From Lingula anatina (Eukaryota; Animalia; Brachiopoda): a DNA stretch of 64,000 bases. Numbering within the stretch: position 1 is the stretch's first letter; the number at the start of each line of letters is the position of its first letter. The stretch lies in the NCBI GenBank assembly GCA_051362555.1, contig CM120640.1, positions 15,748,001 through 15,812,000 of the forward strand, written 5' to 3'. This document shows positions 51,362 through 62,859 of this stretch, one piece after another. Made by a program: the position numbers and the translations under genes. The notes under the pieces are model-generated. The model did not search any database. It was not told the origin of the DNA and saw nothing but the letters and a program-made list of their open reading frames with translations.

Positions 51362-54300
51362 TTGCATATTTTGAGAATTCCTGTTGATTACATTTTTTAG
51401 GAAGTCATATACTGGTAATCTAAGTGTAACCTTTAAATTGACCTTTGACCTACTTTTCACCATAAACTGAACTTTGCAACTTTTTTTAATGCTTTAACTT
51501 TCAAAACTGGCAAAGATACGCCCATCGCTACTATTGAATTTGAATAGGAAATCATTAGAGGCTTAACTGCGACCTTAAATTTGACCTTTGACCTACTTTT
51601 CACCATAATCTGAACTTTGCAAATTTTCGTTCTCTTTTATCTCCAAAACTGGCAGAGATAGGTCCATAGTTACTATTGAACTTGAATAGGAAGTCATATA
51701 CTGGCAATCTAAGTGTAACCTTTAAATTGACCTTTCACCTACTTTTCAACATGAATTGAACTTTGCAAATTTTCGTTCCCCTTTATCTCCAAAACTGGCA
51801 GAGATAGGTCCATAGTTACTATTGAATTTGAATAGGAAGTCATATACTGGCAATCTAAGTGTAACCTTTAAATTGACCTTTGACCTACTTTTCAACGTGA
51901 ACTGAACTTTGCAAATTTTCGTTCCCTTTTATCTCCAAAACTGGCAGAGATAGGTCCATAGTTACTATTGAACTTGAATAGGAAGTCATAAACTGGCAAT
52001 CTAAGTGTAACCTTGAAATTGACCTTTGACCTACTTTTCACCATGAACTGAACTTTGCAAATTTTGGTTCCCTTTTATCTCCAAAACTGGCAGAGATAGG
52101 TCCATAGTTACTATTGAACTTGAATAGGAAGTTATTAGAGGCTTAACTGTGACCTTAAATTTGACCTTTGACCTACTTTTCACCATGATCTGAACTTTTG
52201 AACTTAAATAGGAAGTCATATACTGGCAATCTAAGTGTAACCTTTAGATTGACCTTTGACCTTCTTTCATGATAAACATTTAGCCCTTATATCTCCAAAA
52301 CTGGTAAAGATACACCCATAGTTACTATTGAAAATGAATAGCAAGTCATATACTGGCAATCTAAGTGTAACCTTTAAATTGACCTTTGACCTACTTTTCA
52401 CCATAAACTGAACTTTGCAACTTTTTTAATGCTTCAACTTTCAAAACTGGCAAAGATACGCCCATCGTTACTATTGAATTTGAATAGGAAGTCATTAGAG
52501 GCTTAACTGCGACCTTAAATTTGACCTTTGACCTACTTTTCACCATGATCTGAACTTTGCAAATTTTCGTTCCCTTTTATCTCCAAAACTGGCAGAGATA
52601 GGTCCATAGTTACTATTGAACTTGAATAGGAAGTCATATACTGGCAATCTAAGTGTAACCTTTAAATTGACCTTTGACCTACTTTTTCACCATGAACTGA
52701 GCTTTGCACATTTTCTTGCCCCTCATATCTTCAAAACTAGTAGAGATATGCCCAGTGTTGCCCAGTTTAGGTTTTTTCTTTTGTCAGACTATATGCAACA
52801 CTGACAACACATTTCAAGGAAAACCAATAGGCCTATTGCCTAGCGAATCACAGCATTGAATAATGTAAGGAAAATACAGGTCAATTCGAAAATCTGCTTG
52901 ATTGTACCATTTTTATTTTATTTTATTTTATTTTTTTTATTTATTTATTTTTTTTTTTGTGCATATTTTGAGAACTCTTGTTGATTGTATTTTATAGAGC
53001 TTGTCAAGCACAAGACTGGTGTTAGTGTCCCTTTTTTGGGGGGTTTTCCATACGAATGCTCTTACTCCAGCTGGCGGTATCGCCTCTTTGATCCTCTAGT
53101 TTGATCTGGTTCAGGTTTTCATCGATGACTTCCATTAGTGATTTGGCACCAATGTGGTATCCACCCCAAATAGTGACGCTTTCAATGACCCTAGTCACCT
53201 TAAGAAGTGGCACACGCCTTGTCGTAAGCCTCTCCAGGATGTCTGTAAACTCTGTTTTGACCTCAGTAAAGAAAGCCACGCGGTTTCAGTGCTCTACCCA
53301 GAAACGGTTATGGTCCCCAATTAATTAGAGAAACAGACTACGCTGTTTTGCTGTTTACAATGGCTTCCTCAGAGGTCGCCTGATATCTTAACCTGCTGAA
53401 ACCATTTTGGTGTTCTAAGAGCCTTGAAAACGTGTTTTGGTGACAATTTGCCAATGATTCAAAACGGACTGGATGGTTTTGGTTTAATTGCAGCAGCATA
53501 TCCTGACGGACAGTGAATCCTGTACCCTGGTGGTAAGATGTCGATATATTGGGCGTGGTCTCTGTGTTAGTGCATCAGTCTGTGCATAACTCTATAAAAC
53601 TATGCAGACCATTCCGTTTGACACATAAATCAGTCTGGCAATGCCTGTCTTTTTTGTGCCATTCTGGCACAGCTTAACAATTTTATAAAACACTGCTTAA
53701 CTCATTTTACGCACTGCAAAACCGACCGCTTGCATGCAAAATTTCAAATTCTTCGATACAGTAGTTGCCGATATATGGATAGTTTTTTTACAGAACCATG
53801 CTTCATCAAAGCCAAGGTTTGACCAGCCCAAATCGCTGCATATTACACAATGCAGCCGTGCATCAGACTTGGTAGACAGTTTATTGGTAGCGACACACCT
53901 GTCTTCATACTTCTCCAGTCAGATATCTTCTGTGAGATCTGAGTTTTTTTAAAAAAAGAACGCATTTTTAATAGGCATACCATTAAAACTGAAATATTTC
54001 ATATTAAATGTCAAGTCTGTATATATAAAAGATGTATATAAATGATTACTATTTTATAGAATCTGTTTAGAAAAATCAGAGAATAAGATAGTTGATATTG
54101 ATCACCCCACCCATCTTTACAACTCTATCAGCGTCAAAGATTGAGCTTTGAAGTGAAAAAAGTGCAAACGCCCCTTTCTTCCGCTGTTTCCTCAATGTTT
54201 AGGTGAATTCAAACTAAATAATTTAAGGAAGCCAAACTTTCAGTGGGTAGAGAATATTGTATCACATTGATATTTTAAAGTTTTGCCAAGTACTATTCAA

Positions 54301-57300
54301 TAAAGCCATATTTTCTCCTTCTCTTGTTGTAGTTTCAGTTTTTAGTCAGAATTTTTAGTTTCATTTTTCCCACTCACTCAACCTCTCTTCCTCCTCCTCA
54401 TCTACCGTTTTCACTCCGATATGAGATATACGGGACTAGATTCTAAAGGCTGGGTCACACTGCGCTTGCGACCTAATTAAGAGGCTATGGCATATTTTGA
54501 TCGGCAAGTAGTTGCAAACCGGTTGCAACAAGGTTGCAGTATGGTATCTGCAACCTCTTACAGACAATCTTCAAGTCAGAGTTTACCAGTCGCACACCGT
54601 TTGGCGTGCGATAAACAACCTGTCAGCAACCACTTGGTGACTGAAAACCGGTTACCGGACTTCATTTCCTTCCTAAGAATAGAACCAGTCATGTTATGCG
54701 AGCTTTTGGACAGACTACACCCTCGCCTAACTAAACTGGATACAAACTTGCGCAAAGCCTTGACTGCAGGACATAAGCTCGCCATAACATTACGTTTTCT
54801 GGCATCTGGAAATACCTATCGCAGCCTTGCTTTTTCCTTCCGTGTGGCACACAACACAATTTCTCTAATAGTGAAAGAAGTATGCAAAGCAATTGTTGAG
54901 GAATATGGAGATGAAACTGTATCTTTTCCCAATACAGAGGAAGGTTGGAAGGATTTAATCGAGGGATTCAGCAAAAAATGGAACTTTTGCAACACTATTG
55001 ATGCCATTGATGGGAAACAAATTGCGATAAAAGCGCCCAGCAATAACCTTGCGCGCGTTATACGTCACAGGTCTTGCGTAACTACCCACGTGCTACGATT
55101 TTTCCCTTGGGGGGGGCAGCAAGCGGACATTTTGTACAGGAGCAATGCAGAGATGGGTGAAAACGATACGTTGTTTTTAACCGAAAACGATGCCCCCGGG
55201 GCGAAACTGCCAACACCAAAAGTAAAGGAGCATACCAACGTTGTTTTGAAACGGTGTGGTTAGCCTGTCAGTGGCGAGTTGGGGAGAAAAGAGCAGCACT
55301 GATAGCAAGGTACTGTGTACACGTGAACCGGCAAAGTTAATGATAATTTCATGTTGCAAAAGCATAATTAAATCAGTTAGTTTTTTTCCAAACGATATTA
55401 TTTGAATAGCAGATACATAGATCAAACTAACAACAATAAAAATTTTGATGACATTGAAAATCAAAACCTGCGGTGCACGGTAGGTTGAGGAGGACACTGC
55501 CACAGCAAGTAATGCATGAATTTTGTTACATAACACCATATGCTTGTGTCGTTGTTAACTCTGTGGCATTATTACTGCTCAAATTAATACCTGATACTAT
55601 TTCTCAGGCTACGAAGTACAAATCAACTTATTTTGTGGCAATTGACCTCCATGTTCCATCATGTGTGCAGGTTGTTTATTATTATTATTTGTTCAAGCAC
55701 ATTTTGATAAAGTGGCTATGCTTTAACAAGAGAAAGTCAAAATTTATGCTGAAGTTTAAAAGATTAAATCATCAGTAGTATATACAATTAAAGCTATTTG
55801 ATTATGCATATTTGATTTTCAGTTATCTTGATTATGATACGTGGTTGCTGCCTTTTTCTTTTGCCCTCAAATCAATATATAACAAGTAAATTGATAATGC
55901 TTTATTACAATTTTGGCTTTATACTTTCAGATGTAAAAAATGTGTATCTGTTGGTAAAGTTGTAGAGATTGATGTGAGCATAGATCAGGGGAAATGGTAT
56001 TAGAGAAAATAGGAGGACAAGACATAGATACTAGTAGATCCATCATCACAGCAAAGGTAGATGGTGTGATCTTGTCCCTGAAGCTGTGCCTCAAGTTTTC
56101 AACTGGTTGAGTCCTTACTAAGACAAGCTGCTGCGGTGTGAATTGCAATATGTACATTCAGGTTATACTTGGCAGATTTATGACAAAAGAGACCTTCACA
56201 ATATACATGTACTTCAAAGGAGTTATTCTTGCATCTACTGGAGAGTATGCCTCATCAAAAGTACACAGTTTGAGTGACTAGATCATTGTCTGCAAATAGT
56301 GAGGCAGTGAAGGCTGCAAGATACCATTGTTTTTCAGTATTAAGACTGACAGTATCTGTTTTTATTATTATTTTTTATTATTCATTTTTAATGGGAGGGA
56401 TATTCACTTTGTTCTTTCTATGCCCATTCAGTTTAGGGTTGGTGGCAATATATGGTAAATCTGTCATGCCTGTATGTAGAATTTCTTTTGCTCAAATTTC
56501 TACATTTATTAAATGCATTATGAAGTTTCCTGAGTGATTAATGAGGTTACTTGTAGAAATATCTTGCCTACACGCATTTTGTGATATTTTTACTGCTTTA
56601 TACGTATGATTATTCACATTTCATCAGTGGTGTGTGAAAGGTATTTGCATTTTAGAACTGTAGATCTGTGTACCAGCAGGGTTATATTGCAGTAATATTT
56701 GTTTATGTTTCTAAAAATAAGCTTCATGTTTGATAATTAATTGGTTTGAAATAAATAAATAACCCAAATAAAATTAATTCATTTTATATTTCACATAATC
56801 TGTTCTTATTATTTCTTCTAAGCATTTAATCATAACATCTCCCACCATTATACTGTTATTGTGTAATGCCTCAGTTGCCTAACTTTTGCCAAATTTCCAA
56901 TATCTACAGGTCGTGTTGTTTAATGCTTGGGGTCTTTTCTCTGGCGGCGGTTAATTGGGGACACCTGTGCGGCCTGTCAACGCACCAAGACCCACTTTTG
57001 TCAGTGCCACATTTTCCATTGCCGTAAATATCAAATTTGTGAATAGAATGAGGAATAATGACAGTTATGAAAAAATGTTTGGAAGTACCTGTCACCTTCG
57101 CCACAGTAACCATATGGGCTGTGCCGCCCCCCCACCACAGGCGACACCTTGCGGAGCAAGCGTGCGTAATCCAGGGTGCAACTGAAAATAACCTTGTCGC
57201 GCAACCTTATTCAGGCACTCTGTTCCACAATTACAAAGACTTTTTTCAGTTATTTTACTTGCAGTGGTAGACTCCAATTATAGGTTCATCTGGGTAAATG

Positions 57301-60042
57301 TTGGGGCAAATGGCTCAACTTCTGATTGCCATATGTCTTTAACAACACGTTACGCAGGTCTATAGAGAATGGGACTGTCGGTATACAAGCTCCTCAACCT
57401 CTTCCAGGAGATGACAAGCTGATGCTATTTTTTCTTAATGGCGACGATGCATTTCCCCTCTCTACCTGGATGATGAAGCCTTTCAAACGTCGCGATCTTT
57501 CCGAGGAAGAGAGGCTTTTCAATTATAGGTTATCTCGCGGAAGGCTAGTTGTTGAAAATGGCTTCGGTATTCTTGCTAACAGATTCAGGTGCCTTCAAAC
57601 AAGGTTATTGCCACACCCAGATACAGTCAATTTTATAGGTTTTATGTTGTGTGTGCCTGCATAATATTATGCGTAATCGATACCCAAACCTCCAAAACCG
57701 GGCATTAGATCGTGAAACAGAAAACCATGAACTCATCCCTGGAAGTTGGCGGGATGAGGGAGTATTAAAAGATAAGGAAAATGTTATAGCTCTATCCGCT
57801 GCTTCGAGGGAGGCAAAACAACAGAGGGAATATCTTAAACATTTTTATACAACGATTGGATCCGTTCCATGGCAGCTTTAAATGATTTAATCTTTTGAAT
57901 ATGAAACTAAGATTCTGTTATGAGATTCTGTTATAACGTTACAGTTGATTTCTGTGCTACCAATTTTGCCAAACTTACAATTATAAATAATAAGAAAAAT
58001 ATTTGTACTATATATTGGCATTTATATCAAACCAGTGGTGTAATAAAACACATATTTGGTATGTTTTCAGCCTTATTAATCTAATAATAGGCATGAATAT
58101 TTTCTTGTTTAAATACTTGAGCTATTCGAGGTCGCAAGGCCTGTGCAGTTACGGTCACACTGCACAAAAAACCTTGCGACTTGCAACTGCCACCGGTTGC
58201 AGAAAGGTCGGCGACAAGTTGCAACAACTCGCAAAGTGGTCTCCAAATGAACGCTGGGTTACAATCCAGTCTCGCCGTTTTTTAGGTGCAGCACCGATAA
58301 CCTCCTGGCGACCGAGAAGCCTATTTGTGGTATCCAACCGGTTGCTAAAACGTTGCCGACTGCTTAGCAACTGATTTGCAACTGATTGTGTGGTTTTCCT
58401 ATTGTCTTTGTAGCCCCAAGCGTTACACTTACAATACAACATTATATAATTAAATAGTGACGGATCCTGCGCATCATGTATTTTTCCATTCAAGTCCTTG
58501 TGGTACGAATACTAAGTACTGGGAGAAAGTTAATTTGTATATCTTTGAACTTTTTTATATTACTGACACTGTTTTATTGTTATAAAAATGTCTGACGATT
58601 AAATTTATTGTAATAAGTATGAATCAAACTTTGCTATTTAATTTTTTTATTTTCTCTGCGCCCGCCTATTTGCTTAATTGTTCTTGCATTGATTACGACT
58701 TTGCAAATTAAAAAAGTGAGATATGTAAGGCTGCTTTAGTCATTAAAAAAAACAATGTTTCCAGTAAATTTTACAACAATAATTGTCAAAATTAGCCATG
58801 AGATAGGAATGGATAAAAAGATAATAGTTTAAAGTTTACATTGTGATAATCGTTAAATGATTGTTTTGGCGCTTTTGTATCCCACTGATAACTGTATAGA
58901 AAAATAATTATCACTGAACATTAAACAAACAAAATTATTTTTACACTTTTATTATTTAAATTATCCATTTATTTGGACTCATTAAATTTTATACTTGGAA
59001 GCCAATTGATAATAAAAACTAAACGTTGCACTAAATAACAAAATATTTAATTATAATACTAATTGTTTTGAAGATTTTGTATCCCACTGATAACTGCATA
59101 GAAAAATAATTATCACTTAACCTTAAACAAACGAAATTGTTTTTTACTTTTATTTTTCAAACTATCAATTTATTTCGACTCAGTAAATTTTATACTTGGA
59201 AGCCAATTGATGCTACAAACTAAACTTTGCACTTTTAAGTTAAAATAAAATAAAAATTAAATAATAAATTAATCAAAATAAATTAAAATAAAATAATATT
59301 CAATTATAAAACTAACCATATCTTAGACTCAATTACACAGTTTTTCATTAGACTGCATTTAGTAATCATTAATAAAAACTCCATGGGTGCCCTGGTGTCA
59401 AATGCTGAGAAGTGGACGCGGGAGTAGGAAAAGCAGAAGCGGGGGTTGGGAGAGAGGGAATGGTTAAGGCCGAAGTGTTCAATGGAGACGGAAAAGATGT
59501 GTTAACTTGAGGACGTTGAGGAGTAAACAAGTACATTGTATGTAGGCCTGTGACTGAGCTGCGCTTCTTGGTTGCGTGCTTTTAGAATTAAGTCCACGCT
59601 CTGTTGCTGAAATATCGCCAACTGTTGCTCAGATAGATTGTCAACTTCCGTAGCTAAATACTGGCAAAATGCTTTTCAGCTAGATGTGGGTTATTGATCA
59701 CTGACAATTTTACATAGGTTAATAATACTCTCTTCAACTGGATCTGGCTTACGTTTCCTTTTGTTGGTCTTGGCGCTGCTGGTTAAAGGTTCTTCCTCTT
59801 CGCCGTCATCTTCTTGTCCAGGGGGCTATAATTAAAACTGTGAAAAACTTTTAAGGAACATTATAGACACTATATATTTTAAAACCTGTGGCAACTCCTT
59901 GCGACTGAGGTTGCAAAGAGGTTGCCAAAAGGTTGCAAGCGCAGTGTGACCCAGCCTTAACTAGATTCTGAATCATTCTGAATTTTAGTATTTCTATGAA
60001 AGTTTTAATTTCTTTCAGAGTAGTTGCACGTTGATAAACTGA
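46918..60042 (+). CDS. Secreted 314-aa protein: two 8-Cys defensin-like modules separated by a Thr/Ser/acidic mucin stalk; 7 exons
   Basis: Exons 46918-47005 (signal-like MSTTEAQLKMCLSVKVFVHLFTLYISVSL), 47311-47340, 47621-47775, 48349-48376, 48533-48949, 49175-49377 and the inferred last exon 60019-60042 (SSCTLIN*). All are GT-AG and in phase, 945 nt in total. The last exon is the least certain. Confidence 0.8.
48535..48945 (+). repeat. Coding 15-bp tandem repeat, ~27 x (E/D)STTT
   Basis: GAGTCAACAACCACC / GATTCTACCACTACC units within exon 5; variation is mostly at synonymous positions. Confidence 0.95.
49830..53700 (-). pseudogene. Tc1/mariner transposase relic split by the satellite-bearing insertion
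   Basis: The 5' part at 53020-53700 reads FFTEVK...SVTIWGGYHIGAKSLMEVIDENLN. The 3' part at 49834-50061 reads HRA...LPWLSRSPYLNHIYNMW, a degenerate WPxxSPDLNPIEHLW. Both are on the same strand and collinear. Confidence 0.7.
51060..52750. repeat. 146-bp satellite array (about 10-11 units, some truncated)
   Basis: Unit TTGACCTTTGACCTACTTTTCACCATGAACTGAACTTTGCAAATTT...CTCCAAAACTGGCAGAGATAGGTCCATAGTTACTATTGAACTTGAATAGGAAGTCAT; registers 51721/51867/52013. Confidence 0.93.
54655..57880 (+). pseudogene. Harbinger (HARBI1-like DDE) transposase, 5'-deleted, interrupted and frameshifted
   Basis: KLAITLRFLASGNTYRSLAFSFRVAHNTIS...WNFCNTIDAIDGKQIAIKAPSN | SGTLFHNYK...VDSNYRFIWVNVGANGSTSD...GDDAFPL...FNYRLSRGRLVVENGFGILANRFR...LHN. 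Confidence 0.92.
55045..57208. mobile_element. Nested 2164-bp non-autonomous DNA element with a 2-bp AT TSD (ISL2EU-like)
   Basis: Removing it restores ...CCC AGC AAT TCA GGC ACT... (PSNSGT). Ends AACCTTGCGCG / CGCGCAACCTT form an imperfect TIR and AT is duplicated. A THAP-like remnant LVPEAVPQVFNW lies at 56071-56106. Confidence 0.7.
59510..59825 (-). pseudogene. Harbinger accessory (Myb/MADF-BESS type) ORF2 C-terminal remnant
   Basis: EDDGEEEEP..KRKRKPDPVEESII...AFCQYLATEVDNLSEQQLAIFQQQSVDLI with internal stops, convergent with the transposase and inside the TIRs. Confidence 0.6.
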
Positions 60043-61009
60043 TGAGATGCGGAGAAGTTTTCAATGGAGTCGCAGAAAGACATCTGCAGAGTGTTTCTGC
60101 TGAATAATCGAAAACAAATTCTTTTGATTGGACTTACTGTTTATAATGTATCTAGAACCATCTACATGCCTTCCTTTTTTGCGAGGATTTTCCCAAACTG
60201 AATATCGTGTTCAGTTAAGTACATTTTATGAATGATTAAAGTGAAGTAAGTGTGCTAACATTTAAGAATGGCCATGTCAAAAAACTTTTTTAATAGTTAC
60301 GGATTGCAGTTATAAATCGAAAATAATACATTCTTGTGGGAATATTGATTAGTGGTGTTTAATGTAAAGGTGATAAGCGTACTTAGACTTAGTGTTAGTC
60401 TCCGCGTTATCTTTGGTAGCTTTTCTGTATCAATCTTGATTTGCCTGATATCTTTTAGATTTTGTATTTTACTTATCGCACAGTTTACAAGTAAAAGGCT
60501 AATATAAACTCAGATTGGAGTTTTTGTAATCAGTCATATAAAACACAGTTTTTTTTCTGAATAAATCTCCACCCGGTTAGTTTTACAGGTAACCCGTACC
60601 AGTTTTTGAAATCTTTTTCCAGTGTCTTTATGTTGACAGACCAATTTATTTAGAAGGTTTTCACAATATTTCTATTTATATTGCGGTTGCATATTTCATT
60701 TATCATAATCTTTTCACCGAATATAGAGACGTATAATTTGTCCGTGAATTAAATACACTTCAATAAGTGGGAAACATGTAGTCGAGGGCACAGGAAACTC
60801 AAATAAATTTGTATCAGCTTTTGCTTTTGAACTTTGAAGACATTTGTTTTTCATTTTAAAAGATGTTTTGATCAAATTAGGGCTTGGTTTTAATCGTCGT
60901 GATTCTGTACAAATGGCTTAATTTTCACAATTGCCGAGGAGCAGACACGTGTTCATTCAATCTTTTTGAAGTATTCAAAACTGTTCAATAGATCTTTTGC
61001 ATGGACTGT

Positions 61010-61290
61010 CAAACATTTTTTCAGGTATGAAATTATAATTGAGTAATCAATGAAAACCACGTGGAGTTGCCCACCTTCTTCCAGCGTTTTGTCTATTAGC
61101 ATCTGAAGGCATGCCAGCATGTCGCACGTGCCAAGATTCGTTTGATAACTAGTTTGTTCATCTGGTAGTTCCAGTTCCACCTTGGCTTTTATGCGATTAA
61201 GTATTATGATGGGAAGGTCCTTGCTTATGTGACAGATTAAAGCAATGGTGCGATAGTTGGAACATTATTTCAGGATTACAGCTTTGAATA
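61010..61290 (-). pseudogene. RTE-clade LINE reverse transcriptase fragment
   Basis: ELPDEQTSYQTNLGTCDMLACLQMLIDKTLE...LHVVFIDYS, a degenerate LPEEQAGFR..RGT.D...FIDY.KAFD. Confidence 0.75.
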
Positions 61291-62859
61291 ACATTACTTA
61301 TTATTGCCGTAAGTTTTTTAATAATAATAATAATAATAATAATGATAATAATTCATTTGCTAAAATCGCAACTCAAAGGTTGAAGTTTTACAATGTGTCA
61401 TAAGTAAAATCATAAGGTATTTAAAAGTAACTGAAAATTATAACTTCCAACCGTTTTGCAAAATTTTCGACAGTTTTCCGGAATACGTTTTGGAAATGCT
61501 TATGTGTTTATCTGTTATAACGTTTTTATTTCGTTCTGGAAGAACATTGCAATATAAGACCTTTTAATAACACTCATAAGAGGTGTTACAATAACAAAAT
61601 ATGTTATAAAACGATTTTGTGGAGATAAAAAACGCCATAATAACGTTGCAGCAAGTAAAAGGCTAAGTTGCAAAGTTTATGAAATGTTTCTATAAGTTAT
61701 GACAGCGTTATAATATTTTGTGGAGAAAAGAACGTTTAGATGTTCAGAAACAACAATAAGACAACACAGCTCAATTTAATTAAAAAAAAAAAACAAGAAA
61801 CCCTACAAGTTCAACTGTACTCCAAAAGATCGGGAAAAATAGACTTTGTGTAGCCAAATGTTCACAAGCACAACGAAGCTCTGTTTTTGCTCCAAATTAA
61901 GTAAGATAAGTCCATACGACTGAAAATTGTCATTTATTAATGACGAAAACTAATAAGATACAAAGTTACAAAACTGGGGAGATAATCAAACATCCCCCAA
62001 ACTATATAAGTGCCATAATATAAAAATAATAAAGTATGTAAATGAGTGTAACCAGGATTAATTAAGAAAAATATGAGAAATCACAACAGCTATAGGAGAT
62101 AAAAAGTTGGCGCAAATGAAAATAAAGGCCATATGATGTGAGAGAAGATACTGCTTATGATATCCTCCATTAGTCAAAATTACATATATCTTTATACTAA
62201 AATTATATATATGAAATTGATATTAAATCTCCACAAACAGTTTTCTTTGTGTTCGTTCAAATAATAATAATAATAATAATAACATTTTTAAAACATACCT
62301 ATGATGGTTTAGATATAAATATTTTCTACAGAACCTTATAATACTCATTTTAAATGGTCTCAAAGCGTTAAGCGCTATTTGGAACAAGACCATTTTGTAA
62401 TTTGTTGTACATATCTCAATGTTATAGATGATTTTAATATTTGGCATCTTACAACATACAGTATCCTAATATCCTACTTAATAACCCATATTTGTCATCA
62501 ACAGGTCAAGAATAAACTCACTTCGCTATGTTCCCGCTCCCATTCCTTGTAACTAAGTTTGTATATCTGTAGATCTCCAGATAAGACGTACATGTAATAT
62601 ATAATCCAGAAATCTTACTGTCTGAAAAGAAGACAGTGACTGTGGTACTTAAAGGACTTGCGTCATACCGTCGGAATGGCCTGAACGGAGCATATTCTTC
62701 AGAAAACATGCCCAACTAACGATATCTTTATCTAAATACACGAAGTAAAAGCTCATTTTGTAAATTTTGGACTCTAAAAAACGTCCTTTTTGCTTGGCCT
62801 GCCAGTTAATGAGCTACGTGGTCACGTGGTACGATGACGATAATCGTGAATTTAAAAAG

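Larger units (their letters stand above)
54447..59957 (+). mobile_element. PIF/Harbinger DNA transposon (defective), complete TIRs
   Basis: TAA|AGGCTGGGTCACACTGCGCTTGCGACCT ... AGGTTGCAAGCGCAGTGTGACCCAGCCT|TAA; TAA TSD; repeated GTTGC/GCAAC subterminal motifs. Confidence 0.93.

Noticed and set aside
54487-55263. 258-aa ORF as an intact transposase
   Set aside because: It starts in subterminal repeat DNA and ends inside the nested insertion; only ~54655-55044 is transposase.
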